Notes: generated by a model not told the origin, from the sequence alone. Shown: positions 1 through 8,548, numbered from the stretch's first letter. The stretch is 33,159 nt of DNA from an uncultured Clostridia bacterium (GCA_947036475.1 CAMQRG010000001.1:1-33159), one strand, 5' to 3'. Numbers and translations: made by a program.

Positions 1-497
1 GGCTGGATATCACCCGTTCCTACTCCCGCTTTCAAATAGTCGCGCCATTGCGCATGGCGGCTTTGTATCATGGAATAATCAAATGAAACAAGGATTCGCT
101 GATTTTTCCTGTCGATATGAACTGTAAACCCTCTTTCGCTGTAAAAGGTGGTATTGATTGTCTGGCGGAAACTCTTTTCATCTGCCGGATATTGCATTCC
201 TGCTTTCTGATGCGGCCAGCCATATAACGGCAGAAGCACATCGCGGACAATCGACGTATTTCTCGGCTTTGGCTCATAATGGAACAGCGTAAGCAGTGAC
301 CCCGAACTTGCGCGCTGGCTCTTTAATTCCCATTCTCCGAAATCAGGTGCCTGAAGGTTATTTTCTGCCACGTCAAGCAAATCTTCCAATGTATTGCCAA
401 CGCCGCCGGTATTTCCGGGCCGCTGGTTTTTCACCCAGCCCATTTTTTTGATTTCCTCCAGCCGGATTTTAAGAAGCTCAAGATCGCGTTCCCTCAT
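1..497 (-). CDS. MvaI/BcnI-family PD-(D/E)XK restriction endonuclease, 5' part (runs off the left edge)
   Basis: Not in the ORF track. Manual translation from ATG 497 (AGGAGG RBS at 506-511) is open to base 1: MRERDLELLKIRLEEIKKMGWVKNQRPGNTGGVGNTLEDLLDVAENNLQAPDFGEWELKSQRASSGSLLTLFHYEP... The pattern GxTxEDLL..E.N...PD...ExK...LTLF matches MvaI/BcnI. Confidence 0.85.
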   Translation of the reverse strand, partial: MRERDLELLKIRLEEIKKMGWVKNQRPGNTGGVGNTLEDLLDVAENNLQAPDFGEWELKSQRASSGSLLTLFHYEPKPRNTSIVRDVLLPLYGWPHQKAGMQYPADEKSFRQTINTTFYSERGFTVHIDRKNQRILVSFDYSMIQSRHAQWRDYLKAGVGTGDIQ

Positions 498-601
498 AAA
501 GCAAACCTCCTGTCATATTTTAAAGCACCTGTTCCGCATCATTTCCACAAAGCAGACAAAAGCGTTTCAAACGCACACTGCCGGCTCTCCTGCTTATTTT
601 T

Positions 602-630
602 ATTATACTATTCCTGCAAAAAACAATCAA
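602..630 (-). promoter_or_regulatory. sigma-A promoter for the endonuclease gene
   Basis: Minus strand TTGATT-17 nt-TATAAT, about 100 nt upstream of the ATG. Confidence 0.6.
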
Positions 631-673
631 CTGCCGGTTCTCCCCCAGCTCTGCCCGCTGAAACTGTCAAATG

Positions 674-711
674 AAAAAAGCCTGCGTTCTCTGTCAGAAT
701 AACGCAGGCTT
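674..711 (-). terminator. Intrinsic terminator after the lipoprotein genes
   Basis: Inverted repeat AAGCCTGCGTT / AACGCAGGCTT followed by a T run on the minus strand. Confidence 0.75.
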
Positions 712-781
712 CTCCTTTCATAACCATTGTTACGATATATGGAAACAGGGACTTTTTTGGCTTTCCCTGCAACACATACCC

Positions 782-1489
782 TTATTTCTCCGCAGACCCT
801 CTCAATGATTCCAGTGCTTTATCCGGCACTTCATAAACGATAGTAAACGCCTCTCCTGTTCCGTTCTCTTTGAGCAGCCCCTGCATTTTCCCGAAAACAT
901 CGTCCATCGCGCATATTTCAACAGCCACAAGGCTGGAATCCTCATACGCCGTAATCAAGCCGATATCTACATATTCCTTTTTCCAGCCGTCCAGAAGCCC
1001 GATGGATTTTTTCCACTGCACCAGAACCGCCGCGCTTTCCGTCAGCCCTTCCGTACTTTTTTCACTGACTTTCCAGTCCTCCAGCGCAAGGCTGTCTGCA
1101 AATTCCACCCTGTCCACAATTTCAGCTTCCGCGTCCCCTTGCCGCCAGAGCACCTTTCTGGGACGTTCATCTTCGCATATCATCCCCCTGACCCAGTCCG
1201 CGTCCTCCAGTTCCGCCCTTATCTCGTCCAATGCGGCATACATCTCTGCGGATACCTCGTCCCATGCGGCATATAATTCCGTTGACGCCTCATTCAGTTC
1301 CGCCTGCATTTCGCCCTCCACTTCGTCCAGCATGGCCTGTATTTCCCGCGCGGCCTCGTTAAGCTCCTGCCGGACCTCCGCCCGTTCCTCCTCCGTCAGC
1401 TCGCCCATTCCCTTGTTGCCGACAGAAACACACCCTGTTGTCATTCCCATCGTCACACAGGATAAAAGTAAAATCTTCCCAAACTTCAT
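782..1489 (-). CDS. Hypothetical lipoprotein with 11-residue amphipathic repeats
   Basis: Start moved to MKFGK (RBS AGGTGG). Signal peptide ends in a lipobox (MTTGC). Five acidic 11-mer repeats follow. Confidence 0.75.
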   Translation of the reverse strand: MKFGKILLLSCVTMGMTTGCVSVGNKGMGELTEEERAEVRQELNEAAREIQAMLDEVEGEMQAELNEASTELYAAWDEVSAEMYAALDEIRAELEDADWVRGMICEDERPRKVLWRQGDAEAEIVDRVEFADSLALEDWKVSEKSTEGLTESAAVLVQWKKSIGLLDGWKKEYVDIGLITAYEDSSLVAVEICAMDDVFGKMQGLLKENGTGEAFTIVYEVPDKALESLRGSAEK

Positions 1490-1540
1490 AACCCATTCCA
1501 CCTTTCTTTATAACCCGCAGAGCCGCTCCGCAACCGCCTT

Positions 1541-2119
1541 TTATTCCGCCGGCAATACGCAATATTCTATCGGGTAATATTCCTGCAAAGAAGCCACGTC
1601 CTGCGCCTTTCCCTGATATTTCTCCCGCCAGTCTGCGTAATCCGGGTTTTCCCACGCCGTCCCGTCGTCAAATTCCACACGTTTCACGCAAAACAGCCCA
1701 TATTCCGCTTTATTGGGGCCGCCGTCCCCACGCACAGGCCAGCCCTCCATTTTCTCCCCGTCATACAGCGTCCAGCCACCATCTTCGTCCTTCGTTTCGT
1801 CAGGCAGAAGTTCCATATCCTCATATCGCAGATGTCCATATTTCGGTTCCGCAGCGGAATCCATGAAATCCCAGTACAGTTCCAGCGGCTGGCCCTCCGC
1901 ATCATAGGCAAGCATTGCCGTTTCCACCGCTGTAATCGTCTTTTCCGTATTATTTTTCAGCGTATCATGGAAATACGGCCACCCCGTATCCGCATATTCC
2001 ATTAACGCAACATTTTCCAGCACAATCGTCTGTCCTGCCGTATCCGCCTGCCCGCCTGCACAGCCAGCGCAAAACACCGCCGCCACACAAAGAGAAAACA
2101 CAAGTCCCATTGCCTTCAT
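1541..2119 (-). CDS. Lipoprotein, probable DUF5780-type beta-sandwich domain
   Basis: Lipobox FCAGC; motifs LKNNTEKTI..AYDAEGQP and VEFDDGTAWENPDY resemble DUF5780-like proteins (from recall). Confidence 0.6.
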   Translation of the reverse strand: MKAMGLVFSLCVAAVFCAGCAGGQADTAGQTIVLENVALMEYADTGWPYFHDTLKNNTEKTITAVETAMLAYDAEGQPLELYWDFMDSAAEPKYGHLRYEDMELLPDETKDEDGGWTLYDGEKMEGWPVRGDGGPNKAEYGLFCVKRVEFDDGTAWENPDYADWREKYQGKAQDVASLQEYYPIEYCVLPAE

Positions 2120-2203
2120 CTTTTCTCACCCTTTCTTTTTCCCCAGTATAGCATCGATTCCTTCACTTTTCTTTAGCAAATTTTTAAGAATTTCTTCAGA
2201 ATC

Positions 2204-2236
2204 AAAAAGAGCCGAAAAACCTCCGTTTTCCAGCCC
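2204..2236 (-). terminator. Intrinsic terminator of the dnaK operon (after dnaJ)
   Basis: Minus strand GGGCTGGAAAAC-GGAG-GTTTTTCGGCTC followed by TTTTT. Confidence 0.7.
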
Positions 2237-2274
2237 TTCCTTTCATAAAATCTTCTTTTCTTCCGCCCTGCCGC

Positions 2275-3435
2275 CTATTCCTTAAACAGCCCTTTCATTT
2301 TTTCAGAGAAGCTCTTTTTTTCCTCTCCTTTTGCCGCTGAAGCGGGCTCGGTATGTCCTTCGTCATAGAACTGCCGCAGCAGGTCTTTCTGCCGTTCGCT
2401 CATTTCCGTCGGAATTTTTACCTTCAATGTAATAATCTGATTTCCGCGTGTTTTCGGGTTACGCAGATTCGGTACGCCAACGCCTTTCAGTGTCACAACG
2501 GTATCCGGCTGTGTCCCCGGTTTCACAGTATATTTCTGTTCGCCGTCAATGGTCTTAATGATGATTTCGCCGCCCAAAGCCGCCTGAACGAACGTAATCG
2601 GCACATCACAGTAAATATCGTACCCTCTGCGTTCAAATACCCTGTTCGGCTGGACATAAACCGTCACAAGCAGGTCGCCGTAACCGCCGCCATTTTCGCC
2701 AATCTCACCCTTGCCGGCCAGACGTATGGTCTGTCCGTTGTCGATGCCCTGCGGTACATTGACCTCGTATTTTTTCGTTTTGCGCACGCGTCCCGTACCC
2801 TTACAGGTGCCGCATGGCTCTTTGATGATTTTGCCAGTGCCATGGCACTGGGAACACGTCCGCACAGAAGTCACCGCGCCGAACATAGACTGTTGTACCA
2901 CACGCTCCTGCCCTGTTCCGCCGCATTTCGAGCAGCTTTCAGCATGCGTGCCTTCCTTCGCGCCCGTACCATGGCAGGTGTCGCATTCGTCCGCAATCGG
3001 GACGGAAATCTCTTTTTTGCAGCCAAAAACAGCCTCCTCAAACGCCAGCTGGATATTGACGTTTATATCCCTGCCGCGGCGGGGGCCATTCTTGCGCGCA
3101 CTGCCGCCGCCGAAACCGCCGCCAAAGCCAAACATGCTGCTGAAAATATCGCCCAAATCGCCCATGTCGAAGCCCTGGCCGTAAAATCCGCCGCCCATGC
3201 CGCCCTGCTCAAAGGCTGAGTGGCCAAACTGATCATACTGCGCACGTTTATCAGGGTCACTCAGCACCTCGTACGCCTCGTTGACCTCTTTGAATTTTTC
3301 TTCGGCTGTTTTATCGCCGGGGTTCTGGTCAGGGTGGTATTTCACCGCCATTTTACGGTAGGCTTTTTTCAGTTCTGCCTCCGAAGCGTTTTTCTGTACC
3401 CCCAGCACCTCGTAATAATCTCTTTTATCTGCCAA
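2275..3435 (-). CDS. dnaJ: Chaperone DnaJ
   Basis: J-domain with HPD, G/F region and four CxxCxGxG repeats. TTG start giving (M)[11 protein letters not shown]; the ORF-track extension to 3528 runs into the repeat element. Confidence 0.98.
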   Translation of the reverse strand: MADKRDYYEVLGVQKNASEAELKKAYRKMAVKYHPDQNPGDKTAEEKFKEVNEAYEVLSDPDKRAQYDQFGHSAFEQGGMGGGFYGQGFDMGDLGDIFSSMFGFGGGFGGGSARKNGPRRGRDINVNIQLAFEEAVFGCKKEISVPIADECDTCHGTGAKEGTHAESCSKCGGTGQERVVQQSMFGAVTSVRTCSQCHGTGKIIKEPCGTCKGTGRVRKTKKYEVNVPQGIDNGQTIRLAGKGEIGENGGGYGDLLVTVYVQPNRVFERRGYDIYCDVPITFVQAALGGEIIIKTIDGEQKYTVKPGTQPDTVVTLKGVGVPNLRNPKTRGNQIITLKVKIPTEMSERQKDLLRQFYDEGHTEPASAAKGEEKKSFSEKMKGLFKE

Positions 3436-3470
3436 CCTTCTCACCGCCTTATCGGTTTCCACTTTAGAAA

Positions 3471-3667
3471 ACCTTGGGGACTCTGTCCCCAAACCTCTGC
3501 AAGCCCTTTGAAAAGGGCTTAACCCCAAACTTCATTTCGGAAAACTCCGTTTTCCGCACAAAATTTTTCTAAAATACAAATTTTCAGCCCAGCCGCAAGA
3601 AATGCGGCTGAAAACGGGTCAAGGGACGAAGTCCCTTGCGGAGGTTTGGAGGCAGCGCCTCCAAGGT
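3471..3667. repeat. Structured intergenic repeat element, copy 1 (REPIN/MITE-like)
   Basis: Six hairpins; inverted arms at 3471-3525 and 3616-3667; homologous to 5634-5853. Confidence 0.8.
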
Positions 3668-3682
3668 CTTATCTTTTTAACA

Positions 3683-3731
3683 GCAAAGGCAGGGCGTTCC
3701 AGCTTCCGCCTTTGCGCCCCTGCCGCTTTGT
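3683..3731 (-). other. GC-rich stem-loop just after the dnaK stop (mRNA stabiliser or partial terminator)
   Basis: Imperfect stem GGCAGGGGCG / CGCCCTGCC with no clean U tract. Confidence 0.45.
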
Positions 3732-3752
3732 CGATTGCACTGCCTTTTTATA

Positions 3753-5594
3753 TTACAATTCTTTTCCTTCGCCGTCAACCACATCTCCGTCACTGCCGCC
3801 GTCCTGCGGTGCGTCACCACCCTGAGCAGCCTGTGCCTGCTGATAGAGCTTCTCAGAAATTTTGTAGAACTCCTGCGTCAGAGCCTCTGTTGCCGCCTTT
3901 ACATTCGCTACGTCTGTTTCCGTCATGGTCTCCGCGTTCATATCTTTCACAAGGTCTTTCAGTTTGTCCAGCTCGCCTTCCACAGCGGCTTTTTCGCCGT
4001 CGTCCAGCTTGCCTTCCAATTCGCCCAGTGCTTTCTCCGTCTGGAAAATCAGGGAATCTGCCTCATTTTTCGCATCAATCGCTTCTTTGCGCTTGCGGTC
4101 AGCTTCTGCGAACTGTTCTGCCTCTTTCACAGCGCGGTCAATTTCTTCTTCACTCAGGTTTGAGCCTGCTGTAATCGTAATTTTCTGTTCCTTGCCTGTG
4201 CCAAGGTCTTTCGCAGATACGTTTACAATGCCGTTCGCGTCAATGTCAAACGTTACCTCAATCTGCGGCACGCCTCTCCTTGCAGGTGCGATGCCGTCCA
4301 GCTTAAACTGTCCCAGCGTCTTGTTATCACGCGCCAGAGGGCGTTCCCCCTGCACAACATGGATGTCAACCGCCGTCTGGTTATCCTCCGCCGTAGAGAA
4401 TACCTGTTTTTTGTTTGTCGGAATCGTTGTGTTCCTGTCAATCAGCTTTGTTGCCACGCCGCCCAGCGTTTCAATGCCGAGGGAAAGCGGCGTTACGTCC
4501 AGCAGGAGCACACTGCCCGCACCGGCGTCACCAGCCAGCTTGCCGCCCTGAATTGCCGCGCCCACCGCTACACATTCGTCCGGGTTGATACCCTTGAACG
4601 GTTCTTTGCCTGTGTATTTCTTCACAGCGTCCTGGACAGCGGGAATTCTTGTGGAACCGCCTACCAGCAGCACTTTATCAATGTCACCAGCGGAAAGAGC
4701 GGCATCGGACAGAGCCTGACGTACAGGGCCCATTGTGCCATCTACCAGATCCGCTGTCAGTTCGTCAAATTTCGCCCTGCTCAATGTTACGTCCAGATGT
4801 TTGGGGCCGTCCTGATTCATTGTAATGAACGGCAGGTTGACATTTGTTGTTGTAACGGTAGAAAGTTCCTTTTTCGCCTTCTCAGCGGCCTCTTTCAGCC
4901 TCTGCATCGCCATTTTGTCTTTTGTCAGGTCCATGTTTTCCGCTTTCTTGAACTCTGCCGCAAGGAAATCAATGACTCTCTGGTCAAAATCGTCGCCGCC
5001 AAGGCGCGTATTGCCGTTTGTCGCCAGAACTTCGATAACGCCATCACCGATTTCGATAATGGAAACGTCAAACGTACCGCCGCCAAGGTCATAAACCATA
5101 ATTTTCTGTTCTTTTTCATTGTCCAGACCGTAAGCCAGAGCGGCAGAGGTCGGCTCATTGATAATACGCTTTACGTCAAGCCCCGCAATACGTCCCGCGT
5201 CTTTTGTCGCCTGTCTCTGCGCATCGTTGAAGTAAGCGGGAACCGTAATAACGGCTTCTGTCACTGTTTCACCCAGATAGCTCTCCGCGTCGGCTTTCAG
5301 CTTCTGCAATACCATTGCGGAAATTTCCTGCGGGGAATACTGCTTGCCTTCGATGTCTACTTTATAGCTTTCGCCCATGTGACGCTTGATGGAGCTGATG
5401 GTGTTGTCAGGGTTTGTGATTGCCTGACGCTTTGCTGTTTCGCCAATCAGGCGTTCGCCGTTTTTCGCGAAGCCGACAACAGACGGGGTTGTTCTTGCGC
5501 CGTCGCTGTTTACGATAACAACGGGCTGGCCGCCCTCCATAACTGCCACGCAGGAGTTTGTTGTACCAAGGTCAATACCGATAATTTTTCCCAT
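3753..5594 (-). CDS. dnaK: Chaperone DnaK (Hsp70)
   Basis: [17 protein letters not shown] and LVGGSTRIP motifs; AGGAGG RBS. Confidence 0.99.
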   Translation of the reverse strand: MGKIIGIDLGTTNSCVAVMEGGQPVVIVNSDGARTTPSVVGFAKNGERLIGETAKRQAITNPDNTISSIKRHMGESYKVDIEGKQYSPQEISAMVLQKLKADAESYLGETVTEAVITVPAYFNDAQRQATKDAGRIAGLDVKRIINEPTSAALAYGLDNEKEQKIMVYDLGGGTFDVSIIEIGDGVIEVLATNGNTRLGGDDFDQRVIDFLAAEFKKAENMDLTKDKMAMQRLKEAAEKAKKELSTVTTTNVNLPFITMNQDGPKHLDVTLSRAKFDELTADLVDGTMGPVRQALSDAALSAGDIDKVLLVGGSTRIPAVQDAVKKYTGKEPFKGINPDECVAVGAAIQGGKLAGDAGAGSVLLLDVTPLSLGIETLGGVATKLIDRNTTIPTNKKQVFSTAEDNQTAVDIHVVQGERPLARDNKTLGQFKLDGIAPARRGVPQIEVTFDIDANGIVNVSAKDLGTGKEQKITITAGSNLSEEEIDRAVKEAEQFAEADRKRKEAIDAKNEADSLIFQTEKALGELEGKLDDGEKAAVEGELDKLKDLVKDMNAETMTETDVANVKAATEALTQEFYKISEKLYQQAQAAQGGDAPQDGGSDGDVVDGEGKEL

Positions 5595-5633
5595 AATCTA
5601 TTCCTCCTAAAATCAAATGATGTTTTTCTTTTT

Positions 5634-5853
5634 CTTGGGGCTTTGCCCCAGACCCCACCCGCTTTTTGAAAAAAGCGGGGCAAAAACTTTTGCCGGAAAA
5701 CTTCGTTTTCCTTGACAAAATCTATTGAATTTTATCCACATTTTTGAGTTTGATGGTTTTTCAATTTATCCTCCTCGTCACACAAAGTGTGACGGCAAAT
5801 CGGGTCAAGGGGCGGTGCCCCTTGCGGGAGTCTGAGGGCAGAGCCCTCAGGGT
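5634..5853. repeat. Structured intergenic repeat element, copy 2
   Basis: Same six-hairpin order and linkers (TTTGAAAA, GGAAAACT(C/T)CGTTTTCC, CGGGTCAAGGG, CTTGCGG, GGTCTT) as copy 1. Confidence 0.8.
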
Positions 5854-5860
5854 CTTTCTC

Positions 5861-6430
5861 TTAATTCGCCACCTTCACCATGCTGTGGCGGATAACCCGC
5901 TCCTTATACTGGTAGCCCTTAAGCATCTCCAGAATGATTTCGTTTTCCCCGTAATTCTCATCGTCCTCATGCGCAACAGCCGCGTGCAGGTTCGGGTCAA
6001 ACTTCTCGCCCAAAGCCTTAATTTCCTCCACGCCCATGCTGTGCAATATCTCCTGAAACTGTTTCAGCGTCATTGCCACGCCCTTGAAAAACGCATCGTT
6101 TTCGTCCGTCTTTCCTTCCTGCGCCATGACTGCCCGTTCCAGATTATCTACAACGCCAAGCAGCTTCTCCACAGTATCCCGTACGCCATCGTCATACATC
6201 GCGGCTTTTTCCTTCGCTGTACGCTTGCGGAAATTGTCAAACTCCGCCAGACACCGCTGGTATTTATCCAGATTATCCGCTGCCTGCTGTTCCAGCGCAG
6301 CGATTTTGTCCGCTTCCTCCTCCGCAGGTTCCAAAACTTCCGCGTCCTCCAAAACCTCAGCGGCTGTTTCTTCCTGTTCCGGACGTGCGTCCTGCTCCTC
6401 TATTGCTTCGTCCTTTCTCATTTCCTCCAC
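5861..6430 (-). CDS. grpE: Nucleotide exchange factor GrpE
   Basis: AEFDNFRKR, FDPNLHAAV and GYQYKERVIRHSMVKVAN motifs; position in the operon. Confidence 0.98.
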   Translation of the reverse strand: MEEMRKDEAIEEQDARPEQEETAAEVLEDAEVLEPAEEEADKIAALEQQAADNLDKYQRCLAEFDNFRKRTAKEKAAMYDDGVRDTVEKLLGVVDNLERAVMAQEGKTDENDAFFKGVAMTLKQFQEILHSMGVEEIKALGEKFDPNLHAAVAHEDDENYGENEIILEMLKGYQYKERVIRHSMVKVAN

Positions 6431-6441
6431 GCTTTTCCCTC

Positions 6442-7488
6442 CTAGGTATTCTTATCCCCATCGGATAGATTCTTCAACACTTTTTCTATATTCTGCACCA
6501 TTCCGTTCAATACGGAAATGACCTGCGAATAATCCATTCTTGTCGGGCCGACAATACCGATTGTTCCCCGCGTATTGTCCCCCATTTTATATGTCGCCGT
6601 AATCACGCTGCAATCCTGCATGCTCTGCACTGTATTCTCGCTGCCAATCAAAACCTGCAAATCGTTGTGTTTGCTTTCCTCCAAAAGCGTTACCAGAACG
6701 TCCTTCTCCTCCAATGCCTGAAACAGTGACTTTGCTTTCTGTATATCCGCAAATTCCGGAAACGCAAGGATATTTTTCGTTCCGCTCATATGCAGCTGCA
6801 CCTTTTCAGCGGAGCGCATTGTTGTTTCAATCGCTTTCAAAATCGGCGGCAGCAGTTCGCGGTATTCCCAAAGCTCCTCCTGCATTCTAGCAACCAGCGG
6901 TGTGTCTATTTCCCGCAGGGCGCAGCCCTGCAAAAGCCGGTTCAGGCAGATACCGATATCGAAAATTTTTTCTTCCGTAGGCACACAGCCCATTTTTATC
7001 ACATGGTTTTTAATAAAATTTCCTTCCGTAGCAATTACCAGCAGTACGGACGCACTGTCCAGCGGAATCAGGCGTATCTGCTTAATCCTTGTCCGCTGTC
7101 CCTTTGGCTCAGAGATAATCGTCGTATAATTCGTCAGTATGGAAAGCGCCTTTGCAGTTTCCTCCATCAGAAAGTCAATCTGGCTGATATCGCGAGAAAT
7201 AACGCTTTGCAGATACCTCTGTTCTTCCTCACCCAGCTCCTTTTTCTGCATCAGGTGGTCAACATACAGCCGGTAACCCATATCCGACGGAATACGCCCG
7301 GAAGAAGCATGCGGCTGCAATATAAAGCCCATTTCCTCCAAATCGCTCATTTCATTCCGTATGGTCGCCGAGCTGATTCCGAGGTTATATTTTTTCGCAA
7401 TCGTTCTGGAACCGACAGGCTCCGCTGTTTCAATATAGTTATTGATGATTGCCTGCAATATCTGTATTTTTCTGTCATTCAGAGCCAC
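6442..7488 (-). CDS. hrcA: Heat-inducible transcription repressor HrcA
   Basis: PVGSRTI, SATIRNEMSDLE, HASSGRIPS and GPTRMDY motifs; GTG start with AGGAGG RBS. Confidence 0.98.
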   Translation of the reverse strand: MALNDRKIQILQAIINNYIETAEPVGSRTIAKKYNLGISSATIRNEMSDLEEMGFILQPHASSGRIPSDMGYRLYVDHLMQKKELGEEEQRYLQSVISRDISQIDFLMEETAKALSILTNYTTIISEPKGQRTRIKQIRLIPLDSASVLLVIATEGNFIKNHVIKMGCVPTEEKIFDIGICLNRLLQGCALREIDTPLVARMQEELWEYRELLPPILKAIETTMRSAEKVQLHMSGTKNILAFPEFADIQKAKSLFQALEEKDVLVTLLEESKHNDLQVLIGSENTVQSMQDCSVITATYKMGDNTRGTIGIVGPTRMDYSQVISVLNGMVQNIEKVLKNLSDGDKNT

Positions 7489-7511
7489 TTTGCCGCCTCC
7501 TTTCCGGTTTA

Positions 7512-7538
7512 TTAGCACTCACCGCTATCGAGTGCTAA
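7512..7538. promoter_or_regulatory. CIRCE element (HrcA operator)
   Basis: Perfect TTAGCACTC-N9-GAGTGCTAA upstream of hrcA. Confidence 0.97.
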
Positions 7539-7550
7539 TTTCTATACATT

Positions 7551-7579
7551 AAGATAGCACTTGAATCTGCCAATGTCAA
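7551..7579 (-). promoter_or_regulatory. sigma-A promoter of the hrcA operon
   Basis: TTGACA-17 nt-TATCTT with an extended -10 TG. Confidence 0.85.
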
Positions 7580-7673
7580 GTGCTATTTTCAAAAATTTCT
7601 CTTTTCTTACATACAGACCGAAAACACAGCTGCATCGGTATGTTCCGCGTCTTTCCCATTTCTCTTTTTAAAC

Positions 7674-8267
7674 TCATGTTTCGTCCAGATAGATATTGAC
7701 TTCAGCGTGCGCCTCATCTTTCATCAGAGAATAAATATCCGTTTCCCGTACAAACGTGAAAAAGTCTCCGTCTACACTTTGGCTCCATTCTGAAAAAGAA
7801 ATCCCTCTTGTCTTTTCCTCCGGCAAAAACAAAACGTTCAGATGCAGCTGGTAAAATTCATCTTCATCATTCGGAAACTGCCGCACAAGAGAAACCGTAA
7901 ACATCGGCCTGCCTGTAAAGGGAAATGTACCCGCCTCAAACAGCGTCATATCTTCCCAATCCTCCCAGTCGCCAACGGAGATTTCCGTCATTTTTTCAAA
8001 CACATCGACCAGTTCCGGCAGTTTCATGCCGACTGTGACTTTTTCCTGCAAAAATTCCAGTATTTTCTTCCCTTCTTCACTTTCACTCCGCTCCGTCTGT
8101 TCGTCCGGAACTATTTCCCACCGCTCCGCAATGCCGGAATCCTCCTCCTCAAAATCGCGCGGCTCCTTCATGGATTCCAGAATGTACTGTACAATTTTCT
8201 TCTTCCTTTCTTCAACATCTTCCGTGCTCCAAATATCCTTTCTGATTTCCTCCAAATCTTTCATCAC
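7674..8267 (-). CDS. Acidic hypothetical protein
   Basis: Open 197-codon frame with an RBS, 3 nt after the tfoX-like gene; no recognised motif. Confidence 0.7.
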   Translation of the reverse strand: MMKDLEEIRKDIWSTEDVEERKKKIVQYILESMKEPRDFEEEDSGIAERWEIVPDEQTERSESEEGKKILEFLQEKVTVGMKLPELVDVFEKMTEISVGDWEDWEDMTLFEAGTFPFTGRPMFTVSLVRQFPNDEDEFYQLHLNVLFLPEEKTRGISFSEWSQSVDGDFFTFVRETDIYSLMKDEAHAEVNIYLDET

Positions 8268-8270
8268 ATA

Positions 8271-8528
8271 TTACCCCCTTAAAAAATCGCTGAATGCCTT
8301 TAATTCCTTTTTCGTATCCTCCGAAAGGCGGTTATACTCCGTATTCTGTACCGCGCCCTCCAGTGCATATAAATGCACCAGACAGACATTGGGATATACC
8401 TCCTTCAATTTGAAAAACGCCTGTTTCGCACCAATTTCCTGAAGTTCTTCCGCAGAACCAATCCCAACGGATTCCAGTTTTCTCGCCATTTCCCTGCCTA
8501 TATTCATCATTTCCGTCAATCCTGACAT
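8271..8528 (-). CDS. TfoX/Sxy C-terminal domain protein
   Basis: NIG..MARKL..VGI.S.EEL..IGA..AF and LYALEGA pattern of TfoX_C. Confidence 0.85.
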   Translation of the reverse strand: MSGLTEMMNIGREMARKLESVGIGSAEELQEIGAKQAFFKLKEVYPNVCLVHLYALEGAVQNTEYNRLSEDTKKELKAFSDFLRG

Positions 8529-8548
8529 CGTTCCCCTCCCTTTTTTAT

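Noticed and set aside
68-702. ORF-track calls 68-277 (-) and 394-702 (+)
   Set aside because: Off-frame or antisense to the endonuclease gene and its promoter.
870-1577. Ser-rich 235-aa plus-strand ORF
   Set aside because: Antisense mirror of the Glu-rich lipoprotein gene.
3436-3528. N-terminal extensions in the ORF track (dnaJ; likewise hemW, GGDEF, rsmD, FAD oxidoreductase, ribokinase)
   Set aside because: They cover promoters or repeat DNA; downstream starts have RBSs and match family N-termini.
4359-5669. 436-aa ORF antisense to dnaK
   Set aside because: Long antisense frames opposite dnaK are a known codon-bias artefact; no RBS or protein-like motifs.
5732-5740. Perfect DnaA box TTATCCACA in repeat copy 2
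   Set aside because: Single box in the variable spacer, absent from copy 1, with no cluster or oriC context; compatible with chance.
3471-5853. CRISPR array, tRNA or group II intron explanation for the hairpin-rich spacers
   Set aside because: No equal-length direct repeats with spacers, no cloverleaf or T-loop motif, and no intron boundaries or RT gene.
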